Assembly (NCBI GenBank): GCA_964418245.1
Contig: CAYQKW010000005.1
Location: 1 to 61,358 of the forward strand
From: an uncultured Oscillospiraceae bacterium
GTDB lineage: Bacteria; Bacillota; Clostridia; RUG12999
Length of the DNA stretch: 61,358 nucleotides
Reading direction: 5' to 3'
Position 1 is the first letter of the stretch; each line of letters begins with the position of its first letter. Made by a program: the position numbers and the translations under genes. Under the pieces are notes generated by a model. That model made no database searches and was not told the DNA's origin. It saw only the letters and a list, made by a program, of their open reading frames with translations. Below are positions 1-9,038 of the stretch, in pieces.

Positions 1-1501
1 TTACAATTGCATAAACAACCCTGTCGTTTTCAACATAAAGCGTAACTTCGCTGTCTGTGTCGGGTTCTTGATACACTCCGGCACGCACAAGCTGTTTAAA
101 CCAATCCGAATATTCATATTCGCTGTCTTTTTCACCGTCTGTCAAAATCACCGTATCATCGGTAAACCCTTTCACCGTTCCGCTGATTGTATTTTCAATA
201 GCCGCCGCCGAAAGACGTTTTGCATTTGCGCGCGGCATTGCAATCTTTTCGCCGTTTATATATTTGTAATCAAAACCGCTCGGTGCAAGCGATATAACGT
301 TGCCGTTTACAATACCGTCTATTCCGGCATCGCAGACAAATGCATCCTCATCGCTTTTGATTTCATATTTCATATCCGAATCAACAATAATGTAATCTTC
401 TTTATTCACCTGTGCAACCTTTATGTACACAAGCGAGGTTATGAACGCACTGTCGAATTTTCCGTCACCGTCGAAATCGACAAGTTTAACACTGCCGGCT
501 TTTGGTGTGAACAAATCGTTTGTAACCTTTTCGGCATTTCCGCCATTCAAGAATATTTCAATTTTATTGGTGTTTACATTTTCTGTTTTGACTTTATCGC
601 CGTCTTCATACTTGAGTTTTCCGTTTGAAAAGCTCTGTATATTTTCTGCGGCAATCGTTATCTCTTCTGCCGGTTCTTTAAGTTCAAGATAAATAACGGT
701 CTGAATATCTTCCGATATTATATCCGTGGCATAATATTCTGCCGTGTAACCTATACTGTTTTTCAAATCACCGTCATAATAATATATTTCACCGCCGATA
801 TTGACCTTACCTTTGCCGGTTTTTTCAATTCCCACAGAAGATGTTTCTCCGTCTGCACGGATTGTGCCGCGACATCTCAGCAAATTACATTTTTCCGTTA
901 TATATGTCTTTTTTGCCGAAGTTTTAAAATCCGCACCTTTATGCGTTATTTTTTCAACTATAACCACCGGTTCTTTCAGCATATTGTAAAGCACTGCCGC
1001 GGCGTTGCCCTCGGTAAGTTCGGAAGAACTTACACCTTTAAGCAAACCGGAGCTCATAATACGCTGATTGAAATCTGCATTCGTCCAACCGGAATTTTCG
1101 GCTACCGGACCGTAGTCAAGCATATAAAGTGCAACACGTGCCAGTTCATACGGAGTTGCATTTTGACCCAGTCTGAAAGTGTTATCATCAAAACCCGTCA
1201 TATATCCGTGTTTTGTTACCGTATATACCAAATCCGATGCATAGTGCTTAAGCGGAACATCTGTATATTTTGCCGCCGCGCATTTTTCTTTTTCGGTTTT
1301 CATAAGTACAAGAGCAAGTTCGGCAAGTTTTTCTCTGGAAAGTACGTTGTTTTCGTTTTTAAATCCGGTATCAATACCGACAGATTTCAAAACCGTATTA
1401 TATCTTACGAATTTATCGCTGTTATGTATTTCCTCTGCCGTTACGGATATACACGACATCACAAGAATTGCCGACAATATTATCGTTATTAATCTTTTCA
1501 T
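1..1501 (-). CDS. Secreted SLH-domain protein; the C-terminal end runs off the window start
   Basis: Absent from the ORF track because no stop is reached. My reverse-complement read from the ATG at 1501..1499 gives MKRLITIILSAILVMSCISVTAEE (signal peptide). An SLH-like segment follows (YTDVPLKHYASDLVYTVTKHGYMTGFDDNTFRLGQNATPYELARVALYML) and the frame stays open to base 2. The + strand ORFs here translate to junk. Confidence 0.6.
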   Translation of the reverse strand, partial: MKRLITIILSAILVMSCISVTAEEIHNSDKFVRYNTVLKSVGIDTGFKNENNVLSREKLAELALVLMKTEKEKCAAAKYTDVPLKHYASDLVYTVTKHGYMTGFDDNTFRLGQNATPYELARVALYMLDYGPVAENSGWTNADFNQRIMSSGLLKGVSSSELTEGNAAAVLYNMLKEPVVIVEKITHKGADFKTSAKKTYITEKCNLLRCRGTIRADGETSSVGIEKTGKGKVNIGGEIYYYDGDLKNSIGYTAEYYATDIISEDIQTVIYLELKEPAEEITIAAENIQSFSNGKLKYEDGDKVKTENVNTNKIEIFLNGGNAEKVTNDLFTPKAGSVKLVDFDGDGKFDSAFITSLVYIKVAQVNKEDYIIVDSDMKYEIKSDEDAFVCDAGIDGIVNGNVISLAPSGFDYKYINGEKIAMPRANAKRLSAAAIENTISGTVKGFTDDTVILTDGEKDSEYEYSDWFKQLVRAGVYQEPDTDSEVTLYVENDRVVYAIV

Positions 1502-1514
1502 GACGTTTCCCCCT

Positions 1515-3224
1515 TTACTCGCCAATGAATTTCATTGTATCATATATAAGTTTTGCCGTTTCCGCACGGTCGGCAAATTTTTCCGGAGAAAATTTGTTGT
1601 CTCCCGTGCCTTTTATGATACCTTTATTATATAAAAAGTTTACGGAATTCAATGCATACGGTGCAATATTTGCACTGTCGTTGAATATATTGTTTTCAAT
1701 GCTTCCGCTTACTCCTCTTTTTTCCAATATTCTGTGAAGTACAACGGCAATATCCTGACGCGTTACAGCTTCTCCTATACCGAAGCGGTCGCCCGTGCCA
1801 ATCATTATACCGTTTTCGTAGCACGCCGCAACATATTCCATATACCATGCGTCTTTATCTGCATCCGCAAAGTCAACAGTTCCGCCGTTTGATTTGTATC
1901 CGAACGCAAGTGCCGCCATTTTTGCAAACTGCTCACGCGTAACAAGGCTTTCCGGTTCATAATTCCCGGCACCCGTTCCGTTTACTGTGCCGTTTTCGGC
2001 AAGTGCGAGTATTGCTTCTTTCGCCCACAATACATTTTCCAAATCGTTGAACGAAATTTTTGTTCCGGTTGACATAACGGGTTTTATATATGTGCTTGTG
2101 CTTACCGCACCGCTGTTTCCGCTGTCGCTTCTAACACCGCCGCCCGAACCGCCAGATGATGACGAACCGCCAGATGATGACGAACCGCCAGATGATGACG
2201 AACCACCAGATGATGACGAACCACCGCCTGTGTTTTCTGAACCGCGTTCTTTTATAACCTCTTTTGCCGCTGTTGCTATCGCTTCTTCAAGTGCGGTTAC
2301 GCTTTCGCAAAGCGTATCAGAAATTCTATACATAACTTTGTCGGTTTCTGCCTGTGTTTTAAGCCCGAGCGAATCAAAATCGACATTCAATGTTTTTCCG
2401 TTCTGTGTATATTCACCGTTGCATTCTTTTATAAATTCTTCAAGTTCCGAATACGGAGTGTTTGATATTTTATACAAAAATGCCTGTGCCGCAAATTCGG
2501 TACCGTATTCCGAAATATCTGTGTATTCGTTTTTTGCGGTACGATCCCAAAATTCCGATGTTTCTTCCAACTCATCGTACCATGCAAGTTCTTTTGAATA
2601 ATTTTCTTCAAGGTTTGTTAAGTTTTTATATTCCGTTGCCAGCAATTTAAGTGTTGACGAATTTTTACTTTTTAACGCCGATTTGACAACCGCCTGTGTA
2701 AATTTCTGTTCAACCGTTTCGGGCGTTATTTTTTCTTCTGCTGCCATTTCCCGCAACTCTTTCAAGACGTCTTCTTTGTTTTCAAGTTTTCCGTAAAGAC
2801 TGTCGTCACTTGTGTCAATCGGAAGTTTTTCCGCAACATCGTCGGTTATTTCCGTTTTGCCGAGCAAATCGTCAATTGTGTCCTCTTGCTGTGTGTATGT
2901 ATAATATTTAAAATTAATGTTCTCGCTTTTTCCGTTACGGTTTATAAGTGCCGTATATTCTTCAAAACGTTCGCTTTCCGGATTTAATTTGAAACTGAAT
3001 ATGTTTTCGGCGGTTCTTCTCTGCTGATCCATAAAAACGAGCCTTGTCCCGTTTTCCGCATAAACGTATACAGTTATAAATCCCTGTGTATCATCGTTTT
3101 CGGCTTTAATCATTATCTCGTCAAAACCGCTTGCAAGCGAAGATGTTGTTATTTCCGTTGCAAATACGCTTTGAGCCGTTAATGATAAAACCAATATAAC
3201 CGCTGTCATAATTCTTTTTATCAT
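1515..3224 (-). CDS. Cell-surface protein with signal peptide, (GGSSSS)n linker and three C-terminal SLH domains
   Basis: 569-aa ORF. The N-terminus MIKRIMTAVILVLSLTAQSVFA is a signal peptide. Three SLH-like repeats are present (FNDLENVLWAKEAILALAENGTVNG.., FADADKDAWYMEYVAACYENGIMIG.., FNDSANIAPYALNSVNFLYNKGIIKG..). Confidence 0.85.
   Translation of the reverse strand: MIKRIMTAVILVLSLTAQSVFATEITTSSLASGFDEIMIKAENDDTQGFITVYVYAENGTRLVFMDQQRRTAENIFSFKLNPESERFEEYTALINRNGKSENINFKYYTYTQQEDTIDDLLGKTEITDDVAEKLPIDTSDDSLYGKLENKEDVLKELREMAAEEKITPETVEQKFTQAVVKSALKSKNSSTLKLLATEYKNLTNLEENYSKELAWYDELEETSEFWDRTAKNEYTDISEYGTEFAAQAFLYKISNTPYSELEEFIKECNGEYTQNGKTLNVDFDSLGLKTQAETDKVMYRISDTLCESVTALEEAIATAAKEVIKERGSENTGGGSSSSGGSSSSGGSSSSGGSSSSGGSGGGVRSDSGNSGAVSTSTYIKPVMSTGTKISFNDLENVLWAKEAILALAENGTVNGTGAGNYEPESLVTREQFAKMAALAFGYKSNGGTVDFADADKDAWYMEYVAACYENGIMIGTGDRFGIGEAVTRQDIAVVLHRILEKRGVSGSIENNIFNDSANIAPYALNSVNFLYNKGIIKGTGDNKFSPEKFADRAETAKLIYDTMKFIGE
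2146..2217. repeat. 18-bp tandem repeat x4 (gaaccgccagatgatgac) encoding the GGSSSS linker
   Basis: Four near-identical units start at 2146, 2164, 2182 and 2200. A partial fifth unit starts at 2218. Confidence 0.9.
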
Positions 3225-3403
3225 ATCTGTATTCTCCCAATATTTTTATTTAATTCATCATTATTGATTTGTGCGTTGCCGCGTGTTTGTTCCGTGGGTT
3301 CGGGCAGAGCAGAGCCCTGCCCCTACGGGTTTGTACGGTAACGTGGTGCTACCTGCTAACCGCTAATATCCCCACGAGTTGTGCGCCGCACAAAGCAACG
3401 TTA

Positions 3404-5491
3404 TTAATCGAAGCTTATGCCCTCAAATGTTTTTATATCGGAAAGCGGTCTTAAATTTGTCGGGTCAACCGCAAATACCTTTATTTTATTACCGTTGCCT
3501 ATTTTGTCAAGCAGGATGTCTCCTTTAAATGCTTCAAATGCACTGTATTGAACATTCGGCATGAATTTTAAATCAACAAGTTTATTGCCGTCGTATACCG
3601 CAGCGGCAACATTAATACTGCTTTGGTCTATGTATGTTGTTTTCGATTCTTCGGTCGGTGCTCTGTACGATTCAACAACTATATTCAATTTGTCTCCACT
3701 GCCGATATATCCGCCTTCATCGCCGGTTGCTGTGAGAACAACCTCGTCCGCACTGTTGAATTTCTCGATTTTGATGTAATCCCATGCGCCATAGCCTTTT
3801 TGTCCGTTATTGCAGTCGTATAATCTTATCTTATTGAAACTAAAGTTATCACCCAAATCATATCCTGTCGGATTAATCAGCGTCCATTTTCCTTGGTTAT
3901 AACTTGTTACCTTTGCATACATATACATTTTTTTCGTATTGAAATCAATTACAACTTTATATTCTGCACCTGTAATCGGATCACATACAAATGACGCTCC
4001 GTCAGCCGGTCTTTTTGAATTTCCGTTCAATATATCATCTTTTGCCTCACCATTCAATCCGGTAACTTTCCACATATGCGAATATGTATAGCCGTTGGTG
4101 CTTATTCCGAGTGCAACACTTCTGCTATTTTTGTCACTGCCGTAAGAATTGTAAGTATCGTTAAGGAAATTTATAAAACTTCTCGGATCTTGACCGTTAT
4201 ATGAAGCCGGCGGCTGCGCTTTTCCGTCTTTCGTTTCGCCGAAGTACTTAACCGACACAGCCCAAACACCGCTGTTTGCTGTTTCTCCGATTTTTTTATC
4301 AAACAAAACATCTCTGTTGTTTTCCATGGAATAACATAATTTTCCGTCTTCTACCCATGCGGTTTCTTTTCTTGTATAATTTTCAAAACCGTAATCCCAC
4401 CAGCTGTCCTTTGTTTCATCATCAAATTTGCAGTTCCAAAGTACGGTATTGTCAGAATTATTTGAAACCATTATATCGTCAATTATCATTCTGCACGGAT
4501 CGTTATGATAACCCTCAGTATAAGCGAAGCCATCTATACCATCTTTCAAGTCAACACCAAAATCCTTCAAACTAATTCCGCATTCATCATCATAATCCGT
4601 TATTTTACCATCCTCGCCGTATTGCGGAATTCGTGTTATTTGTTTCCACCCATTGTTGAACCATCTGTAAATCTGAAGTGAGTTCTTTTCAAAATTAAGT
4701 TGAAATCTCATCTGATATTCCTGACCGTTTCCGGCATATAACATAAATCCAAAGTTTCCGGCATTATTATCTATCTTGTTTTGTCCTATAGTTTCTGATT
4801 TTTCTGCATTAGAAACAGTATCCGCTATTTTTGTATGTTGGGGATATTGTGCCAAAGATAGCGCCAATTTTTCGGTTGTTCCGTTAGTAAATATCAAATT
4901 TCTCCTCCAACCGGTCATTGTCTGTAATTTGAAATCAAAATTCCAAACACCGGATTTAATTACACTGTCAATTGCCGTGGTTTCTTCCGCCGCTGCCGTT
5001 GTGTTGCCTTCTTCGGGAATTTCGGTCGGTGTATTCATAGTTTTTATTTCTTCCGAAAGATTCTTTTTAAAACCGTAATATTCACCGTTGTATTCACCTC
5101 CGACTTTCGTTATTACGCCTTTTTCATCTTCAATCGAGAAGAAACTAACAGAATCTCTGCCGCTTAATGTATCGGCATTAACCAACAACTCTCCCGTACC
5201 GTAATCTTTCGCTTCCGTAACATTGATTGTCGTTATTGCTCCGTCTTCGCCTTCGACTTCTTTTGTGGTTGTTGTACCACGGAAAAGATTCTTTTTGATA
5301 TTATCTTTGTCATTTTCAGACATGTTGGTATCTTTAACTCCCGTATACTTGAACACGTTTCCGAATAAATCATATTGGGTCACGTTTTCAAAGTCTTGTT
5401 CATACACAACCTGTGCCGAAGCCGCCGACATCATGAGCACCGCAGCAACAACTGCCGAAGCCGCCCTTTTTAAAGTTTTTTGTTTTTTCAT
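3404..5491 (-). CDS. Large secreted protein of unknown function
   Basis: ORF 3404..5545. The likely start is ATG 5491 (MKKQKTLKRAASAVVAAVLMMSAASAQ is a signal peptide), preceded by AAAGGAA. I recognise no catalytic motif. Confidence 0.75.
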   Translation of the reverse strand: MKKQKTLKRAASAVVAAVLMMSAASAQVVYEQDFENVTQYDLFGNVFKYTGVKDTNMSENDKDNIKKNLFRGTTTTKEVEGEDGAITTINVTEAKDYGTGELLVNADTLSGRDSVSFFSIEDEKGVITKVGGEYNGEYYGFKKNLSEEIKTMNTPTEIPEEGNTTAAAEETTAIDSVIKSGVWNFDFKLQTMTGWRRNLIFTNGTTEKLALSLAQYPQHTKIADTVSNAEKSETIGQNKIDNNAGNFGFMLYAGNGQEYQMRFQLNFEKNSLQIYRWFNNGWKQITRIPQYGEDGKITDYDDECGISLKDFGVDLKDGIDGFAYTEGYHNDPCRMIIDDIMVSNNSDNTVLWNCKFDDETKDSWWDYGFENYTRKETAWVEDGKLCYSMENNRDVLFDKKIGETANSGVWAVSVKYFGETKDGKAQPPASYNGQDPRSFINFLNDTYNSYGSDKNSRSVALGISTNGYTYSHMWKVTGLNGEAKDDILNGNSKRPADGASFVCDPITGAEYKVVIDFNTKKMYMYAKVTSYNQGKWTLINPTGYDLGDNFSFNKIRLYDCNNGQKGYGAWDYIKIEKFNSADEVVLTATGDEGGYIGSGDKLNIVVESYRAPTEESKTTYIDQSSINVAAAVYDGNKLVDLKFMPNVQYSAFEAFKGDILLDKIGNGNKIKVFAVDPTNLRPLSDIKTFEGISFD

Positions 5492-5774
5492 AATACCATT
5501 CCTTTCATGCTTATTATCCAAACCGTACAAACCGCCCCGGCACACTCCATCGGCAATGCGGAGTTTGTGGCGATTACTCTTTATGCCGTTTTCGGTTTTT
5601 GAGTGGTTTTTCGTGTTTGGATTTTCAACACCCCGTGTTGTCCATGTATTAATTATACCACGTTTTGCTGTGCCGTGTCATCATACAATATTTATCGAGC
5701 ATACATTTATTTGCCCCATTTTCCTTTATTTTACGACATTTTATCCGTATGCCGATTTGTGTATGCTACGGTTC

Positions 5775-5803
5775 TTGACATTTTTATATATTTGAATTAT
5801 AAT
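5775..5803 (+). promoter_or_regulatory. Consensus sigma-70-type promoter (TTGACA-17-TATAAT) about 330 nt upstream of the 6135 gene
   Basis: ttgaca at 5775..5780, a 17-nt spacer, then tataat at 5798..5803. Confidence 0.6.
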
Positions 5804-6134
5804 ATTATCACAGACCTGTAACTTTATGCCTAATGCATAATTCATAATTCATAATTATTGCTTGCACGATGTTCGTGCGAAAAAATGAAATCAATTGCAC
5901 CAACCCACGGGGCTGTAGTGAGTCGTGCGGAGAGTGGAGTCATCCGTGATTTCTAAAAACTAACAGCTAACCAAAATATTAGTTTGTTTGATTTTACATA
6001 TCCCCCTTGACGCACTTCGTGCACCGTCCCCCTTTTAGGTAAGGGGGCATTGGTTGGTACGTTGCCAACGGTTCTAACAACCGGCAACTAACCGCAAGGC
6101 ACACACAAAATATAACTTCAGGGGATGAACATAC

Positions 6135-8225
6135 ATGAATTGTATATGGTTGAGCAAAGAAAAATATCCGCACGAGCAGACATCGTTTCAAACGACATTC
6201 TGCGACAAATCCGATTACAGATTTTGTATTGCCGAATTTAAAAAGTATTTTACATTTGAAAAGAACATTTCGGAGATAATTGTAACCATGTGTGCCGATA
6301 CGAAATACGAACTGCAAATCAACGGCAAAAGAACGGGCGGCGGTCCTGTGTGCCGCGGAGGCGACTACGGTTTTTGTATCGCTCCGTCATACACCTACAC
6401 CGACACATACAGATTGCCGATGAACGGAACCGAGCTTGATTTTTATGTTTCTGTGCGGTTATTGCCGATTGCAATGGCAGAAACCTCGCTGGGGCTTGGC
6501 AGACTGGGGCTTGAATGCAAGGTTTGTTTTGCCGACGGAACACACACTTCGGTTTGTACCGACACTTCGTGGCTGTCGCGAAAAAATGCACATTACATCG
6601 GCATAAACACAATTGATTTTACGGTTGCCCAAAACGAATGGAGCTTTTCGGACCTCGTGCCGCCTTTTCCAAAGCTCATTTCATCGCCGCTTCCTCATCT
6701 TGTTTCCGAAAAAATCATGCCCGAACAATTTGCACCCGTAACTGTCGATGCCGGTGAAAAATCGGAAATTATTGTGATGTTCGACAAAATATATTCCGCA
6801 TACGCCCGTATTGTTACATCGGCAGAGAGTGATTACAGTATATCTGTCGATTTTTTTGAAGTACCGGAACAAATACTTGATACAGAACACATAACCGCCG
6901 ATAAATCCGTGGTGTATAAATCCCCGAAAATGCACAGCATCGGCGGATATATCATGCATATTGAAAACACGGGTGATTTTCCGCTTATTATAAATGAACA
7001 TTCCTTGATATACGAACACTATCCAATAACACACAGCGGTACATTCAGCTGTTCAAACGAAACGTTAAACAGGATATATGAAGTCGGCAAACATACGCTT
7101 GCGATATGCCGTCAAAGTATTGAACTTGACAGCCCGACACACATTGAAGCTTTGGGCTGCACCGGTGATTATTTCATCGAAAGTCTTATAAATTATTTTA
7201 CGTTCGGCGACACCGCACTCACAAGGCTTGACATAACAAGAACGGCGGAATATCTGCGCAGTACGGGCGGAGTGATGTTTCACACAACCTATTCTTTGAT
7301 ATACGTTCAGATGATATATGATTATTATATGTTTTCTGCCGACAGGGCATTGATTGAAGAAACAGCAGATGCCGTAAAGCTTTTGCTTGCGCGGTTTGAC
7401 GGATATACCGTCAGCGGCGGACTTATTGAAAATCCGCCGAATTTCATGTTTGTTGACTGGATTTTCACAGACGGATACAGTCTGCATCATCCTCCGAAAG
7501 CATTGGGACAAACGGTCATGAACGCATTCTATTACAAAGCATTGCTCACCGCCGCAGAAATATTCAAAATATCAAACGACGATACCGCCGTTGTGTATGC
7601 CGAACGTGCCGAAAATTTGAAAACGGCGTTCAACAAACATCTTTACGACGAAAACCGCGGTTTGTATTTTGACGGGCTTAACACCCCGTCCGAAGAAAAT
7701 AAATGGCTGCCGAAAAATTCCGAGAAACGGTATTTCGGTATGCATTCAAACACACTTGCGATTTTATACGGTCTTTGCCCGGATGCGGAATGCAAACGAA
7801 TAATGACAGCCGTAATCGAAGATAAATCGCTCACTCCCGTTCAGCCGTATTTTATGCATTTTGTGCTTGAAGCCGTTTACAAATCCGGGCTGTTCGAGAA
7901 ATACGGTCTTGCTTTGATTTTAAAATACAGCGATATAATTAACGAATGCGACAAAGGGTTGAAAGAGGGCTGGATCGATATGCCCGGATACCCTTACGAC
8001 TACAGTCATGCATGGGGTGCAACCCCAACGTATCAGCTGCCGTCAAAGCTTTTGGGATTTGAAATGATTGAACCCGGATTCAAAAAAATATCGCTTTCTC
8101 CACAGCTTTTCGGGCTTGACAGTGCAGATATATCCATTCCCACTCCATACGGATATATTAAATGCAGTATGAACAAAAACGGAACAAAAACGTATGTTCC
8201 GCCGGAAATAACCGTTATTGTGTAG
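6135..8225 (+). CDS. Alpha-L-rhamnosidase-like (GH78-type six-hairpin) glycoside hydrolase
   Basis: 696-aa ORF. DSPTHIEALGCTGDY resembles the DCPxRE-LGWTGD motif of the rhamnosidase (alpha/alpha)6 domain. The family call is from memory only. Confidence 0.55.
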   Translation: MNCIWLSKEKYPHEQTSFQTTFCDKSDYRFCIAEFKKYFTFEKNISEIIVTMCADTKYELQINGKRTGGGPVCRGGDYGFCIAPSYTYTDTYRLPMNGTELDFYVSVRLLPIAMAETSLGLGRLGLECKVCFADGTHTSVCTDTSWLSRKNAHYIGINTIDFTVAQNEWSFSDLVPPFPKLISSPLPHLVSEKIMPEQFAPVTVDAGEKSEIIVMFDKIYSAYARIVTSAESDYSISVDFFEVPEQILDTEHITADKSVVYKSPKMHSIGGYIMHIENTGDFPLIINEHSLIYEHYPITHSGTFSCSNETLNRIYEVGKHTLAICRQSIELDSPTHIEALGCTGDYFIESLINYFTFGDTALTRLDITRTAEYLRSTGGVMFHTTYSLIYVQMIYDYYMFSADRALIEETADAVKLLLARFDGYTVSGGLIENPPNFMFVDWIFTDGYSLHHPPKALGQTVMNAFYYKALLTAAEIFKISNDDTAVVYAERAENLKTAFNKHLYDENRGLYFDGLNTPSEENKWLPKNSEKRYFGMHSNTLAILYGLCPDAECKRIMTAVIEDKSLTPVQPYFMHFVLEAVYKSGLFEKYGLALILKYSDIINECDKGLKEGWIDMPGYPYDYSHAWGATPTYQLPSKLLGFEMIEPGFKKISLSPQLFGLDSADISIPTPYGYIKCSMNKNGTKTYVPPEITVIV

Positions 8226-8272
8226 CATATGGTGCGGTTTTTTGCGTTTTTTTCATATATTTTTATTTTTCC

Positions 8273-8286
8273 CGAACAAACGTTTG
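8273..8286 (+). promoter_or_regulatory. Candidate SOS (Cheo-type) box cgaacaaacgtttg overlapping the lexA promoter -35
   Basis: It resembles the Firmicutes LexA operator CGAAC-N4-GTTCG (GAAC-N4-GTTT here) and overlaps ttgaca at 8284..8289. Confidence 0.55.
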
Positions 8287-8312
8287 ACAACCCGATGTTT
8301 TTGTGGTATACT
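8284..8312 (+). promoter_or_regulatory. lexA promoter (TTGACA-17-TGgTATACT)
   Basis: ttgaca at 8284..8289, tatact at 8307..8312, with an upstream TG. Confidence 0.6.
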
Positions 8313-8377
8313 ATAATTGAGAGCGAAAACCCACAAATCGGTCGCATTAATAAGGCGGCAGAACGGAGATTATCATT

Positions 8378-9016
8378 ATGGCAAGAAAATCTATTGCAGG
8401 AATGGAAGAAAAAGTATTAAAATATATCAAAGAATTTATACAGACAAATCAATATCCGCCGAGTGTCCGCGAAATCGGCAGTGCCGTCGGTCTTAAATCC
8501 TCTTCTTCGGTACACAGATATTTATCTATACTTGAAGAAAAAGGTCTGATTTTAAGAGACGGCGACAAAACACGCGCATTGCGTATGCCGAACGATACGG
8601 TGAGTTCAAAAATCCCGGATGAAGAATATTCCACCGATTCCATAACCGTTCCGGTTATAGGCTCTGTTGCGGCCGGAATACCGATTACAGCAGAAGAAAA
8701 CGTTATTGACACCTTCCCTCTGCCGACATATTTTGCAAGGCACGGCGAAGTTTTTATGTTGAAAGTAAAAGGCGACAGCATGATTGATGCCGGGATTTTA
8801 TCAGGAGATTATCTCATTGTATCAAAAACCTCTTCTGCTTCAAACGGCGAAATAATTGTTGCAATGTTAGACGGGGAAGCCACCGTCAAGCGTTTTTACA
8901 AAGAAGACGGATACTTTCGTCTGCAACCGGAAAACGACGCATACGAACCGATTTTAACCAACTCACTCACAATTATCGGAAAAGTTCGCGGCGTTATCCG
9001 CACAAACGTACACTAA
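8378..9016 (+). CDS. lexA: LexA repressor
   Basis: It has a winged-HTH N-terminus, the AAG cleavage site (VAAGIPI) and the S24 peptidase motifs KVKGDSM and ATVKRF. Confidence 0.9.
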   Translation: MARKSIAGMEEKVLKYIKEFIQTNQYPPSVREIGSAVGLKSSSSVHRYLSILEEKGLILRDGDKTRALRMPNDTVSSKIPDEEYSTDSITVPVIGSVAAGIPITAEENVIDTFPLPTYFARHGEVFMLKVKGDSMIDAGILSGDYLIVSKTSSASNGEIIVAMLDGEATVKRFYKEDGYFRLQPENDAYEPILTNSLTIIGKVRGVIRTNVH

Positions 9017-9038
9017 TCATTTAAGGGGCAAAGTTTTT

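Noticed and set aside
68-1634. Long + strand ORFs (68..628, 423..692, 941..1492, 1347..1634)
   Set aside because: Their translations are Phe/Ile/Cys-rich junk. The opposite strand reads as a coherent signal-peptide/SLH protein, so these are antisense shadows.
1987-2601. + strand ORF with a PPDDDE x4 repeat
   Set aside because: It is the antisense reading of the GGSSSS tandem repeat inside the well-supported minus-strand SLH gene.
5994-6317. 107-aa minus-strand ORF overlapping the leader and the start of the 6135 gene
   Set aside because: It spans the hairpin-rich non-coding leader and overlaps a strong + strand gene. It has no RBS and an implausible composition.
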